A stretch of 64,000 nt of DNA from Styela clava. Taxonomy: Eukaryota. The stretch is from assembly GCF_964204865.1 (NCBI RefSeq), contig NC_135263.1, positions 12,524,001 to 12,588,000 on the forward strand, in the 5' to 3' direction. Position 1 is the stretch's first letter, and the number at the start of each line of letters is the position of its first letter. Positions 27,812 to 42,800 of this stretch are shown in pieces. The position numbers and the translations under genes are program-made. The notes beneath the pieces were generated by a model that ran no database searches, had not been told where the DNA came from, and worked only from the letters and a program-made list of their open reading frames with translations.

Positions 27812-30800
27812 CTACCCCAAATCTGGTTTCGCTTTGGAAGTTTTGTCACGATTTTTCCGCTTGCTTTGATCACGTTTATGTTGTTCAACAGCCGTTTCCA
27901 GTATTTCCGAAACCCCAGCCAGTTCTCTAGCTGTGTCATTAAGAGCTTCACCCACCTCATCATTAGTAGTATTGGATTCGGTGCTAATGCCTTCCTGTAC
28001 CTGTTTGTAAGACAATATAGGTAAGACAGTTTGGAAAGATGATAAGATGGTGCAATCATTTGTCGAACTACAGCTTTTTATCCGGTTACCAGTCCATGCA
28101 TGGTATGAGAATAGTTAACACCTGTTACTTCTTTGAGTAGACTAATTTTGAGAAAGCTTATGTATTTTTATTAAAGTGATAGTAGGTGTGTCATTATTGA
28201 CCAGGCATTGGATACAATGAAAAAGTGGAAATAAATTTTTTATTCAATTTTTAATATTTTAAAATAATAGATACTTTATTTCAGAGCAATGAGCAATAAC
28301 TAAGAATTCGAATGATAACTTACCGGGTTTGGTATTGGCCAACCTCTAGGAAGGGGGATATTCTGTGAGTAAACTCTACAAAAAGAAAAAGGAAATTGTT
28401 AAAGCAAATCATATGTTTACATATTGTCAGCCTGATATGATGAGGAACATGCAGAATCCCATTCCCAACAATACAAAATTTGACTCGATTTGAGTGCATA
28501 TCAATTCCCCTTTTCAAGACTACCTGTAATTGACAAAGAAATAATAAATGATAAATTGAAAAAAATCTGTAAAAATTGTCCTCACTTTTCAGCCTGTAAA
28601 TTCCTGTTACTTCTTCTTTTTGTATTTTTTGAAGAATTATGAGTTGGTCTACTGAAAGCACTTGGTCTATCTCGACTTTCAGAAGCATTCATCGCCGGTG
28701 GAAGAACAATATTTGAAGAATGTTCTGGAGTTCCAAAAGGAGAATGAAAATGTGGCATCAGAGGTTCAGGTGAATATGAATTTTTCAACTTATTCCAAGA
28801 ATTTTCTCTTCTTAACAGCTTAGGGTTGACAGAACGAGGGTTCTGCTCAGAAACCCTGCCGTCTGATATGTGTCGTGAACGTCTTGGTGGTTCTGCGCTT
28901 TGCCGGGTTGGGGGAACTTGTGTCACACTTGAAGACGGAACCGACATCACTCCGATTCGACGAGTTTCATCTAATGTATCTTCAGAGACTGTTGGACTTA
29001 TGATATCATCAATATGTTTGGCTTCTCGTGAAGCATTGTATAATTCTCTCCTGCGTGCTTCGTTAGGTTTATATGCTGCAGTCATCAGTGTTTCTGAAGA
29101 CTCAGATATGGTCTGTTGATTTTTATTCTGCCCATTCAAAAGCAACTGATCAGCAATAGTTGTACCAATGCTACGAACCTGGAACGAACAATTTTAGGAA
29201 GAGATGAATATGAGTTGAACTCACGTTGAGTATATAATTTTAAATACCGACCATACAGACTGATGAAAAATGGAAGGGTAATGTTCCATTTACAACACAC
29301 GTCCGACTCTACGACCAAGTCTCAACCTGTATTTTGTCATCATATTCGTAAGAGCTGAAAATGCTGCCTTATTGACACTGACAGCAATGGATATTCGTCC
29401 ACAACGCTCAACCAAAAAGATGCAATGGCTTTTTGATTTAAATCAAACTTTAAATATAGATCACATAATCACATTCTTTTCATATCATTGCAAATCCCCT
29501 GTGCAGTCATCACACAGACCCCTTGGGGTGCACGAAAAAAAATCCTGCCATACGGGATAAGCAATGTCTTCCAAATGCAACTTATGCTCCAGCTCCAGAT
29601 AATGTGAAATTTCAAATTTTTTGCTCGAATACATTTGTGAAAAAATAAAGTAGGAAAAGCGACTAAGATCTAATATGAAACAGTAGAAATGAGTAGCTGG
29701 ACGAAGTATGGGCCCTTCATGATTTTTCTCTGTTATTCAGAAGGAAATTACGTCAGTAAAATTCACAGATAGAATACTCAAAAAGAGAAGTACGGTAAAA
29801 CATAATATACTATGCATGTTCACCTTCAAGTAATCTGAAGATGGAGGTGCAGGTTCTTTGTTGAGAATAGCTGATCTAGAGCTCTGCCAACCTTTCATTC
29901 TGGAATCAACATAATTTCTGGATTCTGCCTGACAAGCTTCAGATACATATGAACTTAATTTATCATCAAAGTGAGACCTCTGTGTACCATTGCCTGATGA
30001 TGAAACACTTTCTTCTCCAGATCGAAGATTCCTATCAAGAGAGAATGGCAAATAAACATATGTCTCCAGTGTAAATGTTGAATGAAATTGGTACATAGAC
30101 GTGTTTTTGGCAGTCCAGGTTCTGTGTTGACTTGTAATGTTGTAAAAGAGGAAAGGTCAGGGGAACACAGATAGTTATAGCAAAATGCACCGGTGACTTT
30201 TTTTTCCAAAACACACTTTTAGTTTCGCCAATATCTCAGCCAAAAAGGTTGAACAAAATTTGTGCTTTAGACAGCAAAATCCAACTAATATTGCTATATT
30301 CTAGTTGACAAATCACCACCATGAACTATGTTTAAAATATCTTTTTTCGACGCAAATATTTCACCTCAAATAAGGGATAGACACTGCTGTTCTCAAATCT
30401 TCTGGGCTCCTTGGGGATGCAGATTCCACTTCATGATGTCTGGATTTTCTATTCATATTCTTAGAACTTCTTCCACCACCTACTTTTGACATCTCATGAT
30501 TCCTGAAACAAAAAAATCTCTTGTGAAATTTGGGATGGCTAATGGATTTTGAATAGAAATTTATAAAGATGGTGATTAAGGTTCAAAGAAACATATCATA
30601 AAGTAACTGTAGATTCGAATCCTATGGGAAATGATCAGTTACTATATTGGCTATGGGAATTATTATTTATTGCATGGATCGAAGAAAAAATACCAAGCCT
30701 AATATGATTAACAGATCTTTCATTAAAAATCCCTTTAAAGGGACTTCCTATCTCCCAACCATAAGAACTATTGGAATTGTACATACTGCAAGGATGCTGT

Positions 30801-33800
30801 AGCAAGAAAAAAAGAGGACTCTTGATCTTGTTGAATCAAATAAGACTTATCAAACGCATAAAATTATGATTCTGCATAGCCAGAAAATAAGATGGTCAGT
30901 TAGCCATCAGTAATGGCCCATACCCCTTTTTTTATGATTGCAGTCTGTAGCAATAATGCTTTACATGAGTTCATGTGACCCCACTTTGACACACACATTA
31001 TTTTATAGAAAAACAGCTGTTTGTACAAATTCTATCTTAGCACTAGACAATAAAAATTAGAAAAAAATAACGTTACTACATCACCACAATTTCCTGTTTA
31101 CAAGCAGTTCCATGAAAGACAAAAAAGACACGATGCAATGCGGTAGCAAAATCGCAGTAAGTTACCATGAAAATTTATAAAATATGAATATACAAACCAG
31201 TGAACACAAAATATGTTTGATCGAAGAATTTAAATCTACTTCAATTTAAAATTACAAATGTATTATTACAAAATGTATTTACAGTTTAAATGGAAGCACA
31301 GATTTTTTTCCTCTCTCTCTCCCAACTTTACTGGATATTTTTTGCTATAAAAATACTATGAGAGGTTTTGTACAATATAGTACAAAACATTTAATGGCTT
31401 TATGACCCTGGGTTTAGGGACCTCTACCCAATTAAGTATAACCTCTATTATACTTATTAGACAATGTGTTATCAATCTATTTTATCATTCAAATGTAACT
31501 TCATCGAATTTGCTATTATCAAACAATAATGATGAAAAAGAGCAATGGACTAATGAAAGGTCCTTGGCATACGCATTTACAATAACTTCTTTCACCATAG
31601 ATTGTAGTGATTCGGGTAGCCCTACAGAAGCATGAAGGAATGATAACCAACAAGCTGAAAGCAAGAGAATTCGATCCTGTCGGGGACAATCCGAAATAAA
31701 GATGACAATGTAATGAAGTTCAATTCATTTCTTTGGATTAGAATTGTAAACAAAATTGTAATTGATGGAAGCCATGAAAAACGATTAATTTGCTTCCCTT
31801 ATGTATTGAATAGACATGAACATTACCAATTAAAATACCGCTTTTCTAGCTAGTCTATTTAAATATGGTGTACAATTTCTTACATCCTCCAATTTACAGG
31901 ATATATAGGATAGGATATATCTTATAGGAAGTAAAATGTCACAGTCTTTTCCTGGTAATAATATTACCGTGCATTTGTATGGCACAAAGGTTGTATAAAT
32001 CCATATTACTCTAAAGAAAAGCCATTGTTAGAGCCCTTAGATTTTTAAATTTGATGCTATATATTGGTTTTAAAACTCAATGCCTAATTTTAAATGTGAT
32101 TCGTTTTAGGGTGCATGGTTTTCTTGGTTGATGTGGCAAGTGCTGTAATAAAGAAACAAAGAATTAGACTATTCAAAGAGAAACACAATCACATAGTTCA
32201 AATCGTGTTTTCACGATATTTCTCATAAATTTCCATATCTACAATGTAAAAAAACTTTATTATGGTTATAGATGGCATACAAAACCTCAATAACTCACTT
32301 CAAATAAGGATTAGAAGAAGAAACTCTTTTATCTTCCCTCTGAATATTTGGTGAAGTCTGTCCCATTCCGTCATGCGTTGTAAATCTTTTGTCTGGGTTT
32401 TTGTTACTTCTTCTAGATACAATTTTTGGTGTTTCCACTGTCAGGTTTTGGTCATGATATCTGAAATTTATAAAATGTAAAAACAATTTTTTTTTCCGCA
32501 AATGGTAGGATAGTTATTGCTGTATCTCTGATGAAACCCGTTCCTGGAATGTCGTAATAATCTGGGAACCTTTTAAAAACCCATGCTTTCCAGCCTCCGG
32601 TCGGACCCGCTAGCTGTCACCGCCACAACATAACTTGGCAATTAGAAATTTAAATATTTATGTGTAGTTGAATATTTTGAAATTCTTTAATATAATTTCA
32701 GAACTTCGCGAAAGTTTCATTTGGCAAGAATAAAAAACATTCTTATTCATGAAAAAAAGTAATTTCGTCAATTTGTGTGTAGAACATTTTTTATAAATTT
32801 AAATCAGAATCCTAATGCTTCCCCTTATTGAACAGAATGGTGTGAAAAGGCCGAGAAGAATAGTTATATGAAATTATGACTTTAAAGTGGGATTTGCATG
32901 CTCTCATCTATAGTAATGACGCTGTGAAGTACATTGATCCCAGCATTTAGTAGAACATATAAATTCATTAGAGGATTATCAATAGTTGTGTAAATTTTGT
33001 AGCTTCCATTCAAATGATAAAAGAACAATGTCATTTGAATATGGAAATGAGAGATGAATTAATAAAGATTGAAATTTCAATTCAAGTAACATAACATGGA
33101 CAAATATAAACTAGCACGATTCTGTCAATGTATGCACTTGCAGCTAAAATTTTAAAACCACAATTCATATATCATAAATCAAAGATATTATACTCGAAAT
33201 ATGCATTTTTTGTGCTGATAGGACATTCAATTATAACTGTACGTGCAATAGTTAACAATAAATATAAAATAAGCAAGCATACACTACAAAATTTTATCAA
33301 CTGATTTGCTTTTCAGTAGGGCTGGGAATAGATACCGGTAATCGTTTAATAGTTTCCGGATGGATAACGAGTACATAATTTTGAACGTTAACTTCCATTG
33401 GGTTATGTTTAACCAGTCAATTGGATGGAATAATGAAATAATGGCATGAATAATGGAAGAGTGTTTTCACTGAAAATCCCTGCACTGCTACTCCGTAATG
33501 GAACTCATAGCTTACCTCATATCTCTGTCAGTCAATGGTTGTGGTACGTCAGCAAGTTTGATATTGTCAATAGAATTGTCTGTTTCTGAAGAACTTAAAC
33601 TTCCTGAGAATAATATAAGATCTCTATTGTTAGTATTTGATGAATATTTGAAATTTAGTTTTATTCAAATTTTGTTTCATATTGGTATATTTATACAATG
33701 CTTGATCCCTATTTGACTAAATAAGGATCTCCATACATTGCATGGAATTGTAACAGTACGGAAAGTTTTGGTCTACCAAATGGTTAATCTGTCTTGTCTT

Positions 33801-36800
33801 CTTTCCTCTCCCCGGAATAATTACCGGTATAAAAATTAAATCCTTTTTTTACACATTGAGCAACATTTCCCAATTGGGGTAGAATTCTTACCCAGGAAGG
33901 AATTTTGTTGTTTTTCGGAGCAATTTTACTTGAGTTTTGTGTTTGCTGTATTCTTACTAATATTTTTTAGTTCTTTATTATTACTATAATATTTCTATTT
34001 ATATGCTCACATTATAAATTACTTGAACTGTACAAAAGGGGAGAGCAACTTGTGTTAACAGAAGCTAGGGATCCTTTATTAAAGATCGAATAAAGAACAA
34101 GCGAGGAATAAAACGTTTCAAAATATGCGACGGGAGGGATTTAACGAAAAAGGTTGGGAATCTCTTGTCTTAAGCTATGCCAATGTACCCATTAATTTGA
34201 TATTTTGGTTCAGCTTAACCAAACATGATAAACAAATTTCATTATTTTTGGAATGATTACATGATGTATGCTTATAAATGCAAGAACTAATATCATCAAT
34301 TCCGATAAATTATAAGCATAGAAATTACTTTACAGTAAAAAAATAAGAAAAATAAATGTAAAATGAGCCAGACCTGTCTTAGGTCGTCTATGGTGACTTG
34401 ATGCTTTTTTATGGTATATTTTACTGCGATCTTTTGAAAGTATCCCGTCGTAATCAATTGTGTTATGAATCGAAGTAGGATGACCATTTGACCTTGTGGG
34501 AGATCGAACTTCATGATGCATTGACAGTTCTTGGTTGAGATTTCTTGCTGCTTTGTAGTGTGGATGAATGTCATCACCTGAAAAAGATTTGCCGTAAAAT
34601 TTTTGATTTGTTTCATACCTGGATTGTGGATTGTTTTGGTAAAAAATTGTTGCTGTTCTTATAGGGTTGTTGTTATTGTGAAAAAAATCTTTTTTCAACA
34701 CAGATAATGAGACCAATCAATTTCAAATTTTCAGTACTTGAAAACGATGTCGGAAGCCATCTTGATTTTTATTTTTTATTTTCAAATTTTGATATATATA
34801 ATTCACCAGCACACAATCATATTGTAACAGTTAAACCAATGCAGCTTTTTAGATCTTCTGTTATTATAGACCGAGGCTCATCTTTTGGTCTGGGTTTAAA
34901 AGATGCACCTTTTAACGCTCTGATTTTGGGTGGTGCCATATGTCCAGTTTGGCTGTTGGAAACCAAACTACTACGAATATACAATTTTCTCAAAACTTCG
35001 AAATGGAAATTTAGTCCTACTGTGGTATGGCATTTGATATAATTCTTTCAACATCTGGAAATTTGATACGACTTTGGTGGCCATACTAGTCCTTTAACCT
35101 TCGTGTTCATATATCGAGCAATGGTTTCTTTAAAAAAAAACTCACCAAATGAGGTAACACGTCTAGAATCAGAATTGCCATTCCTGCTCGAACGATGATG
35201 ATAATGCGTTATAACAGGACTTCCATTGATCATGTTATATTTATAAGGAGATAATTGTAACGCGAGTGAGCGTCGATTTGAGTGAGTACTTTTTTGTTGA
35301 GGAGATACATGATGATGGTGAGGAATTGAATCGGATCTTTTGAATCCTCTGAGGTAATCTGCGGATTCAGTTCTAAAACAAATTATTGATGAGATTTAAT
35401 ATAACTAGAGATATAGGGTTTTTCTTTTTTTTGAATTATACCATTAAAGTAGGGCAGCCAGACCTCATAGATCCGGAAGTCATAATTTTACCTTTTTTTT
35501 GGAGTCGAGTGCCAGAATTCAATACTTTTAACGGTTATAATTGATCATCAAAATTTTAGCTGCAAAAACCCGAAAGCATCAAGTTGACAGAGGCACTTTT
35601 AATAGACAATTAAATAAGGCTTGCAGGGGCCAAACTTTTGTTATGAAAATATGGTTTTCAAGGAGTTACTAGAGTCAAATTTATTGTCAACCAGGATTTA
35701 GGTCGTCTAAATGCCTTTGAGTTTAGAGTTAGGTGTGGAACTCTATTGCCCCGATTACAATAGGTAGTTTACTATTTAAAATATTATAGTATTTTAAATT
35801 GAAAATAAAGTCCCGTGTAGAAATTTATTTTGCTAGTATGCCACCCAGAATTTATGTCAAATTTTGAGGAAAAAAATTGGCCTATTAAAATTAGTGATAC
35901 AATACAATTTGGATATTTTATAGATAAAATTTCTATAAAATGAACTATTTCAATATGCAAATAATGCAATCGCATCCTACACCATTAAGTTATTTGAATT
36001 TTTTTAGAAATAAGATTATACTTATCAACAAAGAAAAATCTAGACTATTGTAAATAGCCCAAAGCAACCAGATATGAATAATTTAGACAAAAAAAACAAA
36101 AATACTGATATCCACAAATTTCACCTACCTATGAGGCTGCTTTGGTTTCGTCATATTATATCCCAGAGTCATCATATCACTTTCCAGTGCGAGTTCATCT
36201 GATAACCTTTTTCTTTCTTTGATAAAGTCAGGCTCTTGAATTTTTTGCGTGACCTCGTGTGATGCTATATGAGGGTATTGGACACCGCCTAAAAAACAAG
36301 GATTTAAGCATTAGCATTATATAATATATATTTTTTCACTCTGGTATGCTACATTGTGCGATGTTCAATAACTTATATGTCATGTCTCAATAAGAAATAA
36401 AAAATTCACACAAAAAAATTGTATTTAACAAATGAACTGGTTTTAATCATATTATGAAAACGAAAAAGATATATTAATTCAAGTAGCAATTCCTTATGAT
36501 GAATAGACATACTTTTGCTATCTGACTGCATAGAATTGGCCACTGGCTTTGATGCATTCTCTGAATCATCCCTCGGTGTAATAAGACCTCTTGTATCGGT
36601 TCTATTCAATTTCGAACGTTGAATCGCATCATCCCAATCTCGAGGTAGTGACATTGTTTCAAGTACAATGATCAATTCCTGGTAATAAAAAGAGGAAGAA
36701 AAGGGTTGTACTGTGTGCTGTCTCTCAATTAAAGCATACTTGACTGCGTTAAATTACAAAAAGATAGATGTGCAAATAGGGTACATTGGTATTCAACAGA

Positions 36801-39800
36801 GACCCTATGAATACAATGTTAATTTGATGCAGTAATCGGGGGTGGAGGTGAAAAATTAAATCTAAAATACTCAAAATTGGTGATATTCTATATTTATGAA
36901 TATTTTACCTTAAAAATATTTTATTGTTACCATTTGACATCCATTGGTACGGCATAAAATAGACTTAAATTTACTTCTGAAAATTATAAACAACAAGGGC
37001 AAAATCAATATTTACATGTACCACTGAATTTAATCAACGGTACGTACGGTATACCAATTTTCAATGATTACTGCAAATTTATTTTCAGAATGCATTTGGT
37101 ATTCCCTATTCATAAATATATTATTTCAGAATTCATTCTGAATAATGTGATTTCGGGCCTCCCTGACAGTAATCTTGATAACTTTGATAATCAGTGTAAA
37201 CGTGATACGTTAATGATAAAAACGAGGATAAAGCAGTCGAAGAACCAAAAAAAAACAAATATACATACAGGTAGAGAAAGTTAAAATGGAAGAAGAATGT
37301 GTTATGAATCACAATAATGCAATCTATAGTCATATACAGATAAAGGATTTTGAAACTTACTAACTTTATGGCAATGCTAAGGCTTAGCTTCCCAACTCTA
37401 GAATTCTGGCATTGCTTCAAATAAAAAGATACTAAATTTTCTTCATAGGGTTGTTTAATTATTAAAGTACTGTTGATGTATATCAAAAGGATATAATGAA
37501 GAATGATGAACCAAACCAAGAAAATAGAGATAAGATGGCAAAATGACAAATCCCACATTCCCCAGAGACACGACCAAATTAAAATTCTTTTCTAAAATCA
37601 AATATTAATATTATTAAATAGTGCAAAGGTGAAAGCGACAATGATAAATTTTTATTTGGAATTTTACTATGTATATAAAAAGTTGGTTTAAAGTGAAATT
37701 TATTTTAGTCTTCAGAAATAATCCAATTTTTTTTAATTTTGAAAAAATAAAAATATTTTTGCAAATTCATACCATTTTCACTTCCAGAATTATTTTCCCA
37801 AAAATTGATAAATTTTTTCTCTTATTAATGATATTAGAAATAATATTATAGCATTTAATAAAAAATTTGGATTAGTAAAATGTTCTCCGTTTGTGCCAAA
37901 TATATAAGAATAATATGAAGCTAATCCACCTAACTGTCAATTCAATACCACAGGGAATTGCTCAACAAATTCCTGGGATTATTTGTACCATGTTTCCCAG
38001 AGCAATAATGCTCTCAGGATAGTATGTATAGAAGGAACAAGTGATATCAGACTTTCAGACATAATTGAGGTGTTGATGTCTGTTGTATATACAGCATTAA
38101 AGAAGCTGGTTTGACCACCATTTCAGCGGCATTTGGATTTTCCTTTTTACTAAGCTAACATGGAACTGCCGGTGGGCAGCCTGCATTATCGAAAACAACG
38201 AGAGCAAATAAAGCTTGGAATTGATTGAAAATTATGAACTATCATTATAATATATTACGATCGCCCCTGCCCTATCAAACTTGCAATGACATTTTTATGG
38301 GTGCAAAATATATGCATGGCAGAAATTTACCATAACAAAAAAACACGAGAGCAATGCTTCAGTATATGGATACGGAGGTCACATTTTGGTAATGGCAGGG
38401 TAGGTTTGAGAGTTTTAAGATTGGTGGATAAAAAATATGTGGACTGTAGAGCAGATATGAGCAAACTATGACCAAACTAAAACCAAATTTTGATGTTGAG
38501 CTAAAAATAGCTCAAGAATTTTTTTTGAGATTGGGATTAAATTTAGTTTTGGCACAAGGCTCATTGTTTTCCACTTTTGCTTTTGTAACACTGTAAATAT
38601 TGTTCGAGTCACACTTACATGGCCCGCCAGTCACCCCTGCTGTAGAGGGTCAAGAAGTGAGGAATAAAACGGATGCCCTTCAATTAAAATAATTGAGGCA
38701 AAATTTTTGGTGAAATATCTGGTCTCATAGAACTCAGCAGATTATTAAAAAAAATAGTCTTCTAGCGATTTCTTCTATTTAATAAGTACCTATTGAAAGT
38801 AACTGTTCTAATATTTGCAAAAAAGCAATTCTTTTTCGCAAAAACAACAACAAGAAGAATGTAGCAAAACAATCCACTTCATGTCCAATAGAGCTCAAAA
38901 TATTAAATTTTCCAGCTAAAATAATATATTCTGACAAAGTTTTACAACAAAAATTACTACCAGTAGTAAAATGCACTTTATTTTAGTTATTTTAAAGCGA
39001 CCTACTTTAAAAGATGGTCTCTGCATTGGTGATTGGTCCCATGATCTTGATATTATTGCATGGAATCCACTGGGTAATTCACATGGGATGTTCAAACGTT
39101 TTCCACTGGATACCAAAGCCAGAATCTAAATTTAATAAATTCAAAAAAGAATCAAAATTTAATATAAAAAAACAGTAAAATTGCATTTTGTGGACAATAG
39201 GTGACTTCAAAATTAATATTTGAATGACTAAATGAACTGAAATTGGACAAGGTAATCACAAATAAAAAAATATAGAAAAGGCAAGTGTAAAATGTAAATT
39301 TTATCTTCTTATTACCACATGATAACTCTTACATGATAAGGTGAAATTTTGTATAAAATTCAGTCGACTAGTTAAAATACAAATATATATCTCACATATT
39401 TTTCAAAGTTTACTTGATCCATCTCTATAAGCTAGTCAAAATGAGCCTTTGAACCAAAGCAAAAGGGTATCAAGAGTTCAGATGACTCATATTGGGAAAT
39501 TGCCATAAAATTTCAATTAGCATTTTCGTGCTATAATTATCCATTGATATACCTCAGAGGTAGATGTATCTTTGTGTGGTTTTGTCATCGTAGCCATTTC
39601 CCACATAATCATTGCATAACTGAACACGTCAAGTTTCGTTGTTAAATGAACAGGAAATTGTAGAAGCTCCGGAGCTAAATAACTGAGATTGGCTCGATTT
39701 GACACACCCGCGTCCAACCTATAGTTACAACAAAACAGACATTTAAAATCTGAAAATAGTGTATAACATCAGTTCAAAAGGGTCAAATAGTACAGGGTGT

Positions 39801-42800
39801 TCCGAAAGTACTGTAACAGTTTCAATTTTGTTATGACTTCAGTTCTCAATATATATTGATTAACTAAGTTTGTTTTATTTTAGCTAGTGTTTATTTAAGC
39901 TTTTACTTCATTTATATAAAGACCAACAAACCATCATATGGTATTGATAAATTCCCTTTGCAATTTGAAATATTGAGATTTCATGAACACAGAGTGTATT
40001 GTGGCTTATTTGAAACAAGTTTTTCAATTGTTCTGCATTAAATTTTTTTTTTACTTCATTTGGTACACGTATATAGACCAACAAACTATCATATAGTATT
40101 GATACATTTCCTTTGCAATTTAAAAAATTGAGATTTCACGAACACCCTGAGTATTGTGGCTCATTTAAAACAAGTTTTCCAGTTGTTCTGTATTAGAAAT
40201 TGAGGAAATATATTTTAAAACTTTGAGCCATTCTAGATTGCAGCACAAGCTTGGCTTTACTGATTGTAAAATTGTTATGAATTGCTTCAATTATGGCAAA
40301 TCTAGACTTCTATGAGCCATTTGACATTTAAAGTGAGAAGGGTAACATAAAACCAAATAAAAAGGGTAAAATATAACAAGATTTAAAACAATCTCACATA
40401 CATCAAGCTGATAATATGGCATAGATCAGCTGTAACAGTGCTGGCTATCTAACATTAACAAACTGATATAATTAAATAAATGAATTTTGCCTTATTTTAG
40501 AAAATCCAAAGTCAGCAACTTTCGCCCGACCGGTTGAGTCTAGCAAAACGTTACAAGGTCTCAAGTTGAGATGAAGAACAGGTGGTTTTTGTCCATGAAG
40601 ATATGCCATTCCAACAGTGATATCTCGAACTATAGAGTAATATTCGACTGGGCTAAGGGGCCATCCTAAAAAAAAAAGAAATAAAAGTTGAACATTACTT
40701 CCCATTTAATTAAGACAATAATCAAATGTCTTTATGATATTAAATCATTTTTTTCCCATCAGCAACTGAGATAAAAGAAATGATATAGGTAGGTTATCAA
40801 CAATATAAAACTTGTAAAACGGAAAGTGGCCAACAAGATAAGACTACTGTACAACTAAAATGACAAGGTTCTAATTCAACAAGAAACTGAGGTCACCAAT
40901 CTGATATCACAGTCATAAATCATATACTTGATGGTATATCACCTAGCACAGAAAATATTTCATGTTCTCAGAAACTAGTCAATAAAAATATGAAGCCTAA
41001 TGTAACAATGATGATGTGGACTATTGTCGATAGTCTACCATACTAGAATAGGCATGGGCGCCATATTGACCGCCAACAGAATGTCTGGCCTTATCAAAGT
41101 TTATTTTCACATTTGCACTGATAACATCAGTAAATGACTGAGAAATACAGTTAAAACCACATCAATAATTATAGATGTTATCAAATAATTTTTAACGTTT
41201 TTGATAAAGCTATAAATTAACATTTCATGTGACATTTCACCGACATACCATCAGAAGAATGTAATCTATCATGTAAGTTTCTTCCTTTCACAAGTTCTGT
41301 GATAATTAAAGGTTGTAAAGGTGCAGTTGACACACCAAATACTTCAACAATATTCTGATGATGTAGTGCCATCAAAAGTCCAGCTTCGGCTGCCAAGTAG
41401 CTCCTATAGAAAATTGGAGGTTTTAATGATGATGGTACTATTTTAATTTCAATTAAATTGTACGAAACGAACTATATTTTTCTAAAAAGAAGTTTGTTTC
41501 AGTGATCACATACAGTTATTATTAAACCAAAAAAAATATGTTTCATGTCATGCCGTCGCTTATATATATCAGGAAATTGGGCTCTACTAGGCCAAGAACA
41601 ATCAAAAATTCCAGGCTCGGCATAGCATATCAATATTAGGTTGAAAGGAGCTTTGAACTGATTACTGGACCATCAAGGTCTTTGAGTTTAGAGCAATAAC
41701 CTGTAATAATAATTGGACAAATCGCCACAGTAATACCAAAGTAGCTACCGTATGTCACAATAAGGTTTTGAGAAAATCACTTTTTTGTAAGTGTGGTTCT
41801 AACAGTCGAACCTGTAAATTTACATGAGGCACTACCTGAAATCCAATCTAAAACAGTTTCAGAAATAAAACTCAGACCAAACAATATTAGTAAATTTGAA
41901 CAATATTATATATATATATATATAATATTATGGACCTATATGCCTTTTGCTGGTATATAATGTGAGATAACAGATTGTAATAAAGATGGGAATATTGTAT
42001 AGACTGAAATGACTGGTGAAGAATACCATATAAACAAGAGCTTGTTCATGTTAAAAACATTGTGTTGTTGATAATACTTACACAGATAAAGATATGATAT
42101 CAAGCCACCCACCTGTCTGATGTTGACATCATATCTGGACGAATTAACTTCTTGATCGCAGCTTTCTGATTCTTGTATATGGTTCCAGAGTACACATAAC
42201 TCAAATAACCTTCGCCAATAAGGTCTGCATTAAAGTACACAATATCGTGAGCAGCAATATCAGGCGTTCTACCAAATGATTGATGAGAATGCTGTTTTTT
42301 GAGTTTATGAAGAGCTTGCTGTAAATGCTTCACTTTTTTCTTGTATCTTTCTCTTTCAGACATCAAGCGTTTTATTACTTTTGTGGGTGGAACATCTTTG
42401 GGTAATCCTCTTGACCCAAGCCATTCCTCTTTGACTAGTAAATCATTGGCATCTGAAGTCATAGACCCGTGGAGGTTGAAACCATCGTCAGATGACAAAG
42501 AGGGTGATTGGCAATTGACTTTCTTAGTCGAAAAGGGTTTGTTAGATCGTGCTCCATTCACTAAAGCATTTCGACCAAAATTTTGCACTTTCTTTCGAAC
42601 ATCTTTAGCAGCATTATCATTGCCATCTGACACCTCATCACAATTTTTACATGGAACCCCGGGATCTGCTAGAATTAAATCCATTTCAGTTTGTTTTTCG
42701 GGTTCGGTTTTTATATTGTCTATTTTTTCAAAATCCTCATATTCCCCACTCAACCGTGTCACAAACATTTGTTGCTGCTTTTTCAAATCTTCAATTTGTA

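Noticed and set aside
38098-38180. Extra kinase exon after RPSFK
   Set aside because: It hits a stop in frame, while the 36678 exon (ELIIVLETM) completes the kinase domain properly.
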